DNA of 34,071 bases from Candidatus Heimdallarchaeota archaeon. GTDB taxonomy: Archaea > Asgardarchaeota > Heimdallarchaeia > Heimdallarchaeales > Heimdallarchaeaceae. Both the position numbers and the translations under genes were made by a program. Each line of letters begins with the position of its first letter. Position 1 is the stretch's first letter. Positions 20,149 through 28,837 of the stretch are shown piece by piece. The stretch is taken from NCBI GenBank assembly GCA_019057375.1, contig DXJF01000046.1, positions 1 through 34,071 of the forward strand. Direction: 5' to 3'. The notes below the pieces were generated by a model. It was not told the origin of the DNA. It saw nothing but the letters and a program-made list of their open reading frames with translations, and did not search any database.

Positions 20149-20181
20149 AAGGAAAAAGAAAGGAAAAAGAAAGGAAAAAGA
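20149..20181 (-). terminator. Three perfect 11-bp repeats (aaggaaaaaga), reading TCTTTTTCCTT x3 on the minus strand; probable oligo-T terminator region of the upstream CD36-like gene
   Basis: The repeat is seen directly, about 20 bp downstream of the stop at 20201. The terminator role is inferred from archaeal T-rich terminators. Confidence 0.5.
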
Positions 20182-20200
20182 AAAAAGAGGAAAATGTTTT

Positions 20201-23200
20201 TTAGTTATCTGGAATCGTTTCTTTTGGTTTAAATCTATGAAGAACTACTGAGGTAACGATGAAACCCATTGTAACTAAAAACATAGAACTAAAAGCACCA
20301 ATTGTACGGGAGGCATCTGCCCCTTTTATTACGTCTAAGAATTGTTCTTTAATATATTCATAAAATAGAAGTGTAGCAAAATGAACATCTTCTTGCCAGA
20401 AGATTGTTGCCATACTTCCTGGTAATGCAGGGAATGTTTGATGCCAAGTTGGATAGCGATGAATTGCAGGAAGGCTTTGAACAGAATCAGTGTATTTAGA
20501 ACTATTAAGGAGACTAAAAGCTTCCAGATAATTGGTTGCGAGTGTATTATATTGTATTCTATCTTCTCTTTTAACAACACTACCTGTTATTGGCTCGACC
20601 ATCATTGTTTGCTGGTGGAATGGATCTCTTCCTACTTGTCCTGGTAATGAGAATGTTAAGAATAAATCTTTTGGATCTAAATCTAGACCGTATATACTAT
20701 TCCATTTTCCAGCTTGAATTAAGCTTGCATTTATGAAGTTTGAAGCATGCATCCAGTATAAATCATATTCATCCATTTGAAGATAAGGCGTTCCTGCTTG
20801 CGCTGAATAGACGTGCACAGTTTCATCAAAGAAAAGTGCTGATTCTGTTAGAGATGAATAAGCAAACGGTCTTAGGAAGAGTTCATTCCATTGTAGTCTA
20901 TATCCTTTTTCTATGTCTGGTTGAACAGCAAATGAGTCATATGTATAATTAAACTCTAATTCAGTTACTGGACCCAAATCCCAGAGATTAAATTGAACTT
21001 TGCTATCTCTTTTCCAGCATTCAACAAATGTATGAAGTTCATCTTTTTCAACGAAATCAAATTGACTAGTAAGATAGTTAAACTCTAAATGAACTAGTCC
21101 TTGTTCGTAATCTCCTAAATAGACATCATTACCATCAACATAGATACCTAAAGCTGTTCCGAGATGGTCAGTTCCATTGAATCTATAATGTTCTGATGGG
21201 GTGCTTCTGTCTGTGATATCTACAACCATAAACCCATCGTTACCTTGAGTTAAATAGGCTTGAGTTCCAAAGACATATATGTCATTGAAAGGCTCATCTC
21301 CAGGATATGTACCAAATTGACCTAGTTCAGTTAAGGTTTCGTCTGATTCTATTTGGAAAATTAGTAATCCTTCAACTGCATCTAAGACATAAAGATAATT
21401 ACCTTCAACTGTTACATCTCTTACATCTTTCAAATTTGAGAAGTTAGCTGAATCATAATGCCATAATAGTTCCATGTCATTGATATCCTCTATGTCTATC
21501 ACATCAATTCCATCAGTTCCTAAAGCAACAAAAGCTTCAGCATGTGAATAGTCAACTCTTGCATCAACAGCAATAGCTACACCAGAAGTATTTAGGAAGG
21601 TATAAACAGAACTAACAGATTTGGTATCATCATTAAGAGAGGCAATTCTTAATCCATAAATACCATTAGCTATTACTAAAGCATCAGAAGGTGTTGCACC
21701 AATAGTATAAACCACTTTATCAACACCTCTCATATCATTATTTCCAAAATTCCACTGAGTAATTTGATCGATTGAGTATGGATTTGTTGCATTGAGAACT
21801 TCTAAACCATTAGTTCCCTCTAATGCATAGATATATCCATCAATTGCAGTAAAATCATAGATTTGACCATCATAATCTCCAAACTGACCGATTGCTCTGA
21901 AGAGTGAGTCAGTGGTATTTACTATTTTGATATCAGTTCCATCTTCCAGAACATATGCAAGGTTATCGACCATAACTACATCCATTGATTTAGCGTATTC
22001 ATAATAGGGTAAGTTTGCTATTCCAATTATAGAACCTAGTTCTTCAATGTTATTCATACCTAATTTTTCAGCATAATAAACGTCTAAGTCCCTATCTATA
22101 CTCGCTGAAGATAGTGTTTCATTTATAAGTAATGGAAATTTCAAACCGTTTAGTAACGGGTCCTCGATACCAACAACCCATTCCATTGCAGTTCTTTCAC
22201 AGATATATGATATTTTGTTATTGTATAACCAATCAAGTGATGGCTTTCCTAGAAGATAACTCATATATGCTGCAAAAGATTTTGCTGATTCAATTTCTGT
22301 TGGAGTATCAATGTCGTAAACGTCAGCTAATAGTTGTACAACATCTACTGTTAAATCATCAGGTTCAGTATAATCTAATCCTCTTACTAAATCCAAGAAG
22401 AATTTTGCAGAGCCTGTGTCGCCACTTAATACTGAATAATCATTTCCTCCATAAGTTGCGTTATAGAGTATTTTATAGCTTGTTGCTTGATCGAAATCTA
22501 AATCTTGGAAAGCTGGACGAACACTTATCCAATTGTGAGGTAGATATGTTCCAGTTTCCACTAAACCTTCACTTTCTGCATAAGCTTTGTTTAAAACTGC
22601 ATGAGCAATTTCACTATAAGAGTAAGTTGAGTTGAGAAGATCTACATCAGATCCTAAGAGATAAGAAGCTATGTAAGCTTGAAAACCGTACTCTGTACCA
22701 TTTCCGAATTTTTCAATATAATAAGGCCACATATAATTAAAATTCAGAACTGTCTCATTGCCAAATAATGTGGACTCTGTAGAATTATAGATATACTGCT
22801 TTCTACTAGTAAAAACGATATAATCCTCTTCCTTATTGTAATCAAATATCGTTTTATTGATAATTATATCAAATACAAGTTCCCCTTGCACATAGAAATA
22901 AGAGATTGGTGTACTATAATCCAGGTAACCTTCACGATCACTCACGTTGAAGAATTCGATAAATGCTTGATCATAAAAATTTGACTCATTAGTACTTCTA
23001 GCTGTATGCATCCAGTCAGAATATGTACCAGTACCATCATTAGGTATTATATCCTCTTCAGTTAACTGTCCAAATTCTGTTAAATTAGCATTAATTTCGT
23101 CAATTATATTATTTGAATTAATCGGCAGAATTACTCCAATCACAACAGCAGAACTAATGGTAACTGTCAGAATCAAAGCGCCTATTAGTGTTCGAAGTCT

Positions 23201-23209
23201 TTTGTTCAT
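20201..23209 (-). CDS. CD36/scavenger receptor class B-like two-TM protein with an inserted LVIVD beta-propeller (1002 aa)
   Basis: N- and C-terminal TM helices. CD36-like segments: 'FIEFFNVSDREGYL', 'ERTAMEWVVGIEDPLL', 'MMVEPITGSVVKREDRIQYN', 'TIFWQED'. About 7 LVIVD-type repeats at ~aa 405-715 (e.g. 'DVTVEGNYLYVLDAVEGLLIF'). Many N-x-S/T sequons. Confidence 0.65.
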   Translation of the reverse strand: MNKRLRTLIGALILTVTISSAVVIGVILPINSNNIIDEINANLTEFGQLTEEDIIPNDGTGTYSDWMHTARSTNESNFYDQAFIEFFNVSDREGYLDYSTPISYFYVQGELVFDIIINKTIFDYNKEEDYIVFTSRKQYIYNSTESTLFGNETVLNFNYMWPYYIEKFGNGTEYGFQAYIASYLLGSDVDLLNSTYSYSEIAHAVLNKAYAESEGLVETGTYLPHNWISVRPAFQDLDFDQATSYKILYNATYGGNDYSVLSGDTGSAKFFLDLVRGLDYTEPDDLTVDVVQLLADVYDIDTPTEIESAKSFAAYMSYLLGKPSLDWLYNNKISYICERTAMEWVVGIEDPLLNGLKFPLLINETLSSASIDRDLDVYYAEKLGMNNIEELGSIIGIANLPYYEYAKSMDVVMVDNLAYVLEDGTDIKIVNTTDSLFRAIGQFGDYDGQIYDFTAIDGYIYALEGTNGLEVLNATNPYSIDQITQWNFGNNDMRGVDKVVYTIGATPSDALVIANGIYGLRIASLNDDTKSVSSVYTFLNTSGVAIAVDARVDYSHAEAFVALGTDGIDVIDIEDINDMELLWHYDSANFSNLKDVRDVTVEGNYLYVLDAVEGLLIFQIESDETLTELGQFGTYPGDEPFNDIYVFGTQAYLTQGNDGFMVVDITDRSTPSEHYRFNGTDHLGTALGIYVDGNDVYLGDYEQGLVHLEFNYLTSQFDFVEKDELHTFVECWKRDSKVQFNLWDLGPVTELEFNYTYDSFAVQPDIEKGYRLQWNELFLRPFAYSSLTESALFFDETVHVYSAQAGTPYLQMDEYDLYWMHASNFINASLIQAGKWNSIYGLDLDPKDLFLTFSLPGQVGRDPFHQQTMMVEPITGSVVKREDRIQYNTLATNYLEAFSLLNSSKYTDSVQSLPAIHRYPTWHQTFPALPGSMATIFWQEDVHFATLLFYEYIKEQFLDVIKGADASRTIGAFSSMFLVTMGFIVTSVVLHRFKPKETIPDN

Positions 23210-23447
23210 TGTGAATCCTCTTTTTTCACTATTTATTGTTTCGTCTCCGAGAGATATTTAAAGTTAATGACAATAGCATGAACTTTGGGAGACTATTTTA
23301 AGTTGTTTTAAGATAGAACTATTATATATTTTGCGCATTGTATGAAATATAGTTGAGTTTGTCAGTTAGAATTAGAAATCAATTGCTCTAAACGGTATAC
23401 CTCTTATTCTTGGAACTGAATGGAATCCAAAAAAAGAACTGAAAAAG

Positions 23448-24698
23448 TCACTTCAATTTCTCAACAATTGGCAATGAAATCTCCCATTTAGATGCATCGA
23501 AAACCGCACCTAAAAATGTGGAATCTTCAAACATAATTCTATTACCTAGTTCATCATACAAGCTGATTGATAATTTTCCTAGATTTTCAAGACGTTTCAA
23601 TACTTCTCTGGGTAAAATATTGTAAGCTAAAATACCTCTTAGAATTGCACCGTTTTCTCGTTTTTGTAGAAATGAGAAGATTACATCTGAGTTACTAAAA
23701 CTCTCTCTAATCCGTCTGTAATTTGCGGTTGTTAATCCAGAGGGACCAGGTTGAATTAGGAAAAATCCTCTAGTAGCTCTAGTTTTTAATGGAAAACTAT
23801 CTGCTTTATCAATTTTTGCTAAGAGATGGGATAATTCAGGATTATTGTCAAAGACATCAAAACTAATGAGTCTGCAAATTCCTCTAGCATCTTTGAAAAT
23901 TCTCAGGAAATTACTTTGATCAACTTGGTAAAATTCTGAAGGCTGTTGAAGACCAATGATAAAATCTGCGATTAGATTTGCTTCTCGTTGGATAAAAGTA
24001 GCTAATATTTCTTCTGAATCTTTGTTTGGGTTACTTTTGATGAGTTTTTCATCATCAATAAGAACATAGGGAAGATGATTCTTCTGAGATTTTCTTGAGA
24101 GACCATAGAGAAATGTCATAACAGAAAATTCGTTTATGATATTTTTTTCAGCAATAGGTAAGTGTACAAACATGACTGGTTGTTTATCAGAATTCAAGAT
24201 ATAGAGGGCTATTTCTTCAAAAAGACCTAAAACAAATGCATTATTTTCTGGAAAAAGAAAGACTAATGATTTGTTCTTGATTATTTTATCAACATAAGAA
24301 TTAATTCTTTCTTCATTTGCTTTATACCACTTCTTTCCTTGAAAGAAAGTCATTTCTTCTTCTGAGAGAGGGGGGAGTTCAATTAAGGGGAGTTGACTAT
24401 AGACATCTGAGTTTCCAGAAGGAGCTGTAATAACAAGTGAAGAGGGAAGTTGATTATTGAATCTTTTCTTAATACTCTTAAGAATGTTCAAACCATAATT
24501 TTCACCAAAAACTAATCCTATAGGTGATTCTTTTATATCTCCTTCAATAAATAGTGTTTCAGAAATTTCACATCCTTTCAGTTCTTTATCACTTATAATA
24601 TTCGAATGGTCAAATTTGTATAAGCCATTGAACAAGACTGGGTATTCATCAACTGATTTTTTCCTACCTTTACTAAAAATAGAACGGATCCATGACAT
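23448..24698 (-). CDS. Degenerate tubulin/FtsZ-fold protein (probable pseudo-GTPase), paralog of 27620..28759
   Basis: Colinear similarity to the 379-aa protein: PVMFVHLP/PTVIFVLP, PYVLIDDEKLIK/PIILFDNEKLLK, KDARGICRLISFD/KDARGLGIIISLD, TRATRGF/TRAKLGY, ILRGILA/TIRGVLT. GGGTGS is absent. The start at ATG 24698 (MSWIRSIF) is preferred over the listed 24710. Confidence 0.65.
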   Translation of the reverse strand: MSWIRSIFSKGRKKSVDEYPVLFNGLYKFDHSNIISDKELKGCEISETLFIEGDIKESPIGLVFGENYGLNILKSIKKRFNNQLPSSLVITAPSGNSDVYSQLPLIELPPLSEEEMTFFQGKKWYKANEERINSYVDKIIKNKSLVFLFPENNAFVLGLFEEIALYILNSDKQPVMFVHLPIAEKNIINEFSVMTFLYGLSRKSQKNHLPYVLIDDEKLIKSNPNKDSEEILATFIQREANLIADFIIGLQQPSEFYQVDQSNFLRIFKDARGICRLISFDVFDNNPELSHLLAKIDKADSFPLKTRATRGFFLIQPGPSGLTTANYRRIRESFSNSDVIFSFLQKRENGAILRGILAYNILPREVLKRLENLGKLSISLYDELGNRIMFEDSTFLGAVFDASKWEISLPIVEKLK

Positions 24699-24766
24699 TT
24701 TATGTTTCAAATATATTAGGTTACAATGATTTTTAAGACTTTTCAGCTAGCTACATAAAAAAGAGA

Positions 24767-26191
24767 TTAATTCTCAGTTGATAATGTTTCTTCAACATTT
24801 AACAGCTGAATTGTATGGGTTTTTCCTGAGATTCCTACCATTGATCCAGCTACCAATACAACATTGTCTTTTGCATCAATGTACTTTTCTTTATGAAGTT
24901 TCTTAATTACATTGAATACTAGCTCATCGTAATTATCTTCATACTTATGAAAAATAGGTTTAACACCCCAAAATAACCTTGTTACACGTTTAGTAAATTG
25001 ATTATGAGAAACAGCATAAATAGGTAAATTTTCCCTATTTCTAGAAACCATGCTTGCTGTATATCCAGTCTGAGTAAGAGCAATAATTGCTTTTACTGAC
25101 ATTCTCTTAGCCAACCTAACTGCAGAAATGCCTATTTCATTGCCAATATTAACCTCAGTATTAACTACTAAAGGACGATCTAAAGCTAGATTTTTCTCTG
25201 CTTCTAGAATTATATCCTTCATTATTTTTATAACTTGAAGAGGATGTCTTCCTGTTGCTGTTTCTGCTGATAACATTAGAGCATCTGCTCCATCAAAAAC
25301 TGCATGAGCAACATCGCTTGCTTCAGCTCTTGTTGGAAGGGGTTCTTTTGTCATGGATTCTAACATCTGTGTTGCAACAATAATGGGTTTAGCCAAATTC
25401 ATACCTAGTTGGATTAATTGTTTTTGCAAGACAGGAACCCTAGCAGGCCCAACTTCAATAGCTAAATCTCCTCGTGCAACCATTAAACCATTACTAAAAG
25501 AAGCGATTTCATTTATTGAATCTAGAGGATCTTGATGTTCAATTTTTGCAATGAGTTGAATGTCCTTGTTTGTATTCGATTCAACAATTTCCTTTACTTT
25601 TCTAAGGTCATCCACACTTCGAACAAAGGAGATAAATAGAAAATCAGTTTCCAAATCACAAGCTTTTTTGAGATCTAAGATATCCTTCTTGGTTGGCACT
25701 CTTATTGATAAATTTGCATCTGGAATATTTACACCCTTTCTAGATGAAATTTCACCACCATCCATCACCTTACAAACTATTTCATCATCTGTAATTGATT
25801 CAGTGTTCAATCTAACTAAACCATCATTTATGAAAATAGAAGTATTAATTTTTAGTTCCTTTGTTAATCTAGGATAATTGATTGGAATAAGATCATTTTT
25901 TCCAATTATGTCCCTAGTAGTAAGCTTAACAATTTCATCTCTGTTAAGTATCTTTTTCTCCTCTAACTCCCCTAATCTAATTTTAGGACCACTGATATCT
26001 ATACCAATTGCAAGATCATTGCATAGATTTCTGAGATTATTGAAGGTTTTTTCATGACTTTGATGATTTCCGTGGGAAAAATTCAATCGAGCTAAATCCA
26101 TTCCATTATCAATCATCTTTCTCAGAATATTCTCAGAACTGGATGAAGGACCTATTGTGCAAACTATCTTTGTTAATCTCAATATTATCAA
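24767..26191 (-). CDS. pyk: Pyruvate kinase
   Basis: 'TKIVCTIGP', 'ARLNFSHG', 'DISGPKIRLG', 'IAKIE', 'MVARGDL', 'VATQMLESM', 'PTRAEASDV', 'DALMLSAETATG'. TTG start at 26191 or 26182. Confidence 0.97.
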   Translation of the reverse strand: MIILRLTKIVCTIGPSSSSENILRKMIDNGMDLARLNFSHGNHQSHEKTFNNLRNLCNDLAIGIDISGPKIRLGELEEKKILNRDEIVKLTTRDIIGKNDLIPINYPRLTKELKINTSIFINDGLVRLNTESITDDEIVCKVMDGGEISSRKGVNIPDANLSIRVPTKKDILDLKKACDLETDFLFISFVRSVDDLRKVKEIVESNTNKDIQLIAKIEHQDPLDSINEIASFSNGLMVARGDLAIEVGPARVPVLQKQLIQLGMNLAKPIIVATQMLESMTKEPLPTRAEASDVAHAVFDGADALMLSAETATGRHPLQVIKIMKDIILEAEKNLALDRPLVVNTEVNIGNEIGISAVRLAKRMSVKAIIALTQTGYTASMVSRNRENLPIYAVSHNQFTKRVTRLFWGVKPIFHKYEDNYDELVFNVIKKLHKEKYIDAKDNVVLVAGSMVGISGKTHTIQLLNVEETLSTEN

Positions 26192-26245
26192 GAAGACATG
26201 GAAGTACTAGCATAAAATTCTTACTAACTTCCTAACACTTTCGAA

Positions 26246-27619
26246 ATGATTAAAAGCAAGCACAGACTCTATGAAATTGTTATGGAATCAAATCCTCAAA
26301 AACCCACTTCATTTAAAGCAAAAACTGTTGTTCCTGATGATATCGAAGTTCCAGCGTTTGATTTTGAAAATATGCTATATGAACATTACAAAAAATATCC
26401 AAGAACAGCTGAAATAGTTGAAAATCCAATCTATCTTGAAGCACTAATGAATCCTTTCAAAAGATTCTATCTTGTGCCTACTGCCTTGTTTAAATTAAAA
26501 TTAAATACAATTTTATCTTTGAAATGGAAAGAATTCCTTAAGCTTTGGAGTTATATTGTATTAATGTTTGTTCCAACACTATTGTTTGTTTTGTTGCCAT
26601 TTCAGACAGCGGGGTGGAGATTAACAATTGATATAATATTCAATGTTGGAACACCAATTCTCATAGCAATTTTGCTATCACTGTTTTATCTAAAATATAC
26701 ACATGATGGTTTTCTGAGTTTAACGCTAGCTAAGAGAGTAGAATGGCTAGAAAAACCTGTAAGAGAGTATTATGCAAAATATTACGATAGAAAATTACCA
26801 AAGAACCCACTCATTATTCTTGCAGCTCTTGCAACAGGTATAGGGATACAAATTCCAATGTTAAAGATAGCATTTGCAGGACATCCTGTAGCAGCTGTTT
26901 TTGGAATTATCACCTGTATATTCAGTCCTTTCCTCTATTATATCTTCTTTGTAGCAGTTTATTACATGTTCTTCAATACACGAATTTATTCCAAAATTCT
27001 TAAACCAATTAAGCAAAAAATGGATGTTTATAGAAAAGAATATGGAACTCTTCTAATGAGAGAAAACTATGACATAATTTGGTCTTTAGGAGATAAGTGG
27101 TCAAGAGGAAGATCGATTAGTCAACTAGAAAATATACCAACAGCAGGTATAATATCCACTTTAATAGTCATTATTGCGATGTTTATGGGTAATATAAATC
27201 AGCTAATGTACTCATTTCCCCCTCCTGGAATGCCTACACATAATGTAAATTTCATGTTTCTGAAAGCTGGACAACCCGCAACAATTCTAGTTGTAACTAT
27301 TTCAGCTTTAATTGCTGTACTAATGGTTTTCTACGTAATCCTTCCATTATGGGCTTTCAGTATCAAAGCTAAAAAATTCAAAATTAAAGCACTCATGGAA
27401 TTGGACAATTATATTTTCGCAAATGTAGTAGAATTTGGAGAAAAATATTCAGAAGAAGCAAAGAGAGAAAATGTTACAATGTTACAACTAAGGGAATATG
27501 TAGCTTCAATGAGGATATTTCCAATATCAACGCAGAAATTATTCAAAACAATCATGGTCATTGCTATATGGGTGATAAACATACTCAAAATTATCAGATC
27601 AGTAGGAGGAGGTATCTAA
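26246..27619 (+). CDS. Uncharacterised polytopic membrane protein (about 6-7 TM)
   Basis: 457-aa ORF with multiple hydrophobic helices. Its stop (TAA) directly abuts the ATG of the tubulin-like gene. The start may instead be ATG 26282. Confidence 0.8.
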   Translation: MIKSKHRLYEIVMESNPQKPTSFKAKTVVPDDIEVPAFDFENMLYEHYKKYPRTAEIVENPIYLEALMNPFKRFYLVPTALFKLKLNTILSLKWKEFLKLWSYIVLMFVPTLLFVLLPFQTAGWRLTIDIIFNVGTPILIAILLSLFYLKYTHDGFLSLTLAKRVEWLEKPVREYYAKYYDRKLPKNPLIILAALATGIGIQIPMLKIAFAGHPVAAVFGIITCIFSPFLYYIFFVAVYYMFFNTRIYSKILKPIKQKMDVYRKEYGTLLMRENYDIIWSLGDKWSRGRSISQLENIPTAGIISTLIVIIAMFMGNINQLMYSFPPPGMPTHNVNFMFLKAGQPATILVVTISALIAVLMVFYVILPLWAFSIKAKKFKIKALMELDNYIFANVVEFGEKYSEEAKRENVTMLQLREYVASMRIFPISTQKLFKTIMVIAIWVINILKIIRSVGGGI

Positions 27620-28759
27620 ATGTCTTGGCTTAAAAGAAAAATCTTCCGAAAGAAGATATCTATATCTGTTATAGGTATTGGTAATGCAGGTTGCAAAATA
27701 GGTGAAAAACTTATTCAAGAATTACGTGAAAGCAAAATCACCATAAAATCATTAGCAGTTAATCTGGCTGATAACTTTGAACCAAAAATCGGCAATTTTT
27801 CAGACGACTTCTGGTTTGGATCAAAAGACTTTGTTTCCTCAGATTATGATTTTGAAAAAGCATACAAACAATTGAAAGCTAAAGAGCTGGAGATAAAATC
27901 CAAACTAGAGAGAGTTGTCTTTTACAAACGTGATGAAAGGAAAGATGAAGACGATTTAGCTCTTCACCTAATAATAGGCAGTGGTGGAGGTACTGGTAGT
28001 GCTGGAACCATTATTATTAGCAAGTTATTAGCTGATATAACAGGGGAACCACCAACAGTTATCTTCGTACTACCAGAAAAAGATGAACCTTCACTTGTAC
28101 AATATAATTCTGCTAGAGCTCTACATTACCTCGGATTTGACACACTTGGTCCTCATTGTCCAATCATATTATTTGACAATGAAAAACTCTTGAAACTCTA
28201 TGAAAATGAAAGCATAGAAATAGTTCTGGAAAAAAGCAATAATTTGTTAGCTGAAACCTTCACTACAACTATTCTTTCAGCTCTTCAAGAAAGTACTCAT
28301 GAGGAATTCTTTGCAGATCTAAATGATTTCTTCAAATCATTCTCTAAAGATGCTAGAGGTTTAGGCATAATTATTTCTCTTGATAAGGAATTTGAAACTT
28401 TAGAAAAGGCTCAAAATACAAGATTTTCTGATCTCTTCTTTAATGAATTAGATGAAAGTTCAAGTTTAACAGCTGATGTTACTAGGGCTAAGTTAGGTTA
28501 TTTAGCAATAACAATGCCAACAACTTATCAGTCTACATTTGAAACAAGAAAAATAGTCAAAAAATTCGAAAAAGGAGACATAAAGGTTTCTCTAAATTCT
28601 ATAGAGGAACCAATTTTAACAATTCGAGGAGTGCTCACTGGAATTCATCCCGATTACGTAGAGAGGTTCTGGGAAGTGCTTGAGAAAGGAAGAGATACTA
28701 GAAAGGAAATTATTGAGGTTGAAACAAAGATAAAAGAAACATATATAGAAACCGAGTAG
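27620..28759 (+). CDS. Divergent tubulin/FtsZ/CetZ-superfamily GTPase (379 aa)
   Basis: T1-like 'VIGIGNAGCKIG', tubulin signature 'GSGGGTGSAG', 'IFVLP..DE', 'FDNEKL', and T7-like 'ADLNDF'. No clear T3 GxGxG loop ('FWFGSKDFVSSD'). Confidence 0.85.
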   Translation: MSWLKRKIFRKKISISVIGIGNAGCKIGEKLIQELRESKITIKSLAVNLADNFEPKIGNFSDDFWFGSKDFVSSDYDFEKAYKQLKAKELEIKSKLERVVFYKRDERKDEDDLALHLIIGSGGGTGSAGTIIISKLLADITGEPPTVIFVLPEKDEPSLVQYNSARALHYLGFDTLGPHCPIILFDNEKLLKLYENESIEIVLEKSNNLLAETFTTTILSALQESTHEEFFADLNDFFKSFSKDARGLGIIISLDKEFETLEKAQNTRFSDLFFNELDESSSLTADVTRAKLGYLAITMPTTYQSTFETRKIVKKFEKGDIKVSLNSIEEPILTIRGVLTGIHPDYVERFWEVLEKGRDTRKEIIEVETKIKETYIETE

Positions 28760-28837
28760 TTTTTTTTCTACTCATTCAATTTTTTTCACTAAATAGATAT
28801 GGATATAAGGATACATTACCAGACATTCTTGAACATA

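Noticed and set aside
20149-20181. CRISPR-like array
   Set aside because: Contiguous 11-bp units with no spacers and no cas genes nearby.
20335-22635. Alternative ORFs within the CD36-like gene (20335, 20438, 20532, 20740, 22132)
   Set aside because: Short off-frame or antisense ORFs with no supporting features.
25353-25877. Plus-strand ORFs opposite pyk, and likewise 29872..30060, 30089..30343, 30703..30921 and 33696..33896
   Set aside because: They overlap better-supported genes and have no recognisable motifs.
27620-28759. Assigning the symbol ftsZ, cetZ or a bona fide tubulin name
   Set aside because: The T3 loop is missing, there is no FtsZ C-terminal tail, and divergence is too high to choose a subfamily by eye.
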